From positions 293,847-357,846 of the forward strand of contig JAZDNF010000009.1 of assembly GCA_043800255.1 (NCBI GenBank): a stretch of 64,000 nt of DNA. Direction: 5' to 3'. The stretch comes from Candidatus Altiarchaeota archaeon. Lineage in GTDB: Archaea; Altiarchaeota; Altiarchaeia; IMC4; SCGC-AAA252-I15. This document shows positions 63,687 through 64,000 of this stretch, piece after piece. The notes beneath the pieces were generated by a model, which was not told where the DNA came from, searched no databases, and was given only the letters and a program-made list of their open reading frames with translations. The position numbers and the translations under genes are program-made. Numbering within the stretch: the first letter of the stretch is position 1; each line of letters begins with the position of its first letter.

Positions 63687-64000
63687 AAAATGAAAGAGGG
63701 ATTAGGGGTGAATGTCATTTTTCAAAACGGAAAAAATCAAATTTATAAGAATTGAGGAAAGCCTATCATAAAAGTTAAGAACGAAAAATATTTTTTGAAC
63801 TCACTCCGCTACGCTTCGTGCCACGCTGCGCTCTCCTCCTTTCAGTCGTCGGGGCGTATAACAAGGGATATACGGTTCGGGGCTCGGCTCGCCCCTCACC
63901 CAAACCACCGGTTTAGCAATTAGAAGTCCCGTGTATAAATGTGATTTGTGCAAGTGAGGACAAGTAAGATAAAACATCAAAGAAACAAAAATTAGCCCCG

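Overview
Archaeal chromosomal DNA. Supporting signs: TATA boxes, leaderless genes, GGTGA-type RBSs, SepCysS, a tRNA without encoded CCA, and many LSGC lipoproteins with Thr-rich linkers. The gene style recalls Altiarchaeota-like lineages, but that is inference only. 0-24 kb: RelE TA pair, nfnAB/sudAB, a polyamine cluster, a large repeat adhesin, DNA-repair and molybdo-oxidoreductase genes, and surface proteins. 24-38.7 kb: a sulfur/metal island. Its minus-strand gene train is cysK-cysE-tRNA(Cys)-cysS-thiF/ubaA-sepCysSn-pscS-SAMP-like carrier-THUMP-less thiI-HypC::HydE fusion-hydG. Beside it lie metXY, a ZIP transporter, a Ni transporter and nikR. Two standouts, neither explained by the ORF track: (1) an unannotated 25-aa leader peptide ending CCCCCQCRL, followed by a hairpin and a poly-U tract just upstream of cysK, i.e. 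a candidate cysteine-sensing attenuator in an archaeon; (2) a [NiFe]-maturase HypC domain fused to an [FeFe]-maturase HydE, coupled to HydG and a sulfur-relay/SepCysS module, suggesting an undescribed metallocofactor pathway. 40.5-43.8 kb: AT-richer radical SAM/ALDH/tautomerase islet. 43.8-49.8 kb: ECF transporter with probable cobalamin-binding surface proteins. 49.8-64 kb: TA/Fic-rich accessory region built on a duplicated intergenic scaffold with reciprocal filled and empty insertion sites, tRNA 3' fragments and an attC-like remnant. No rRNA, CRISPR array, integrase or transposase was seen. All calls come from reading motifs by eye; no database search was run.
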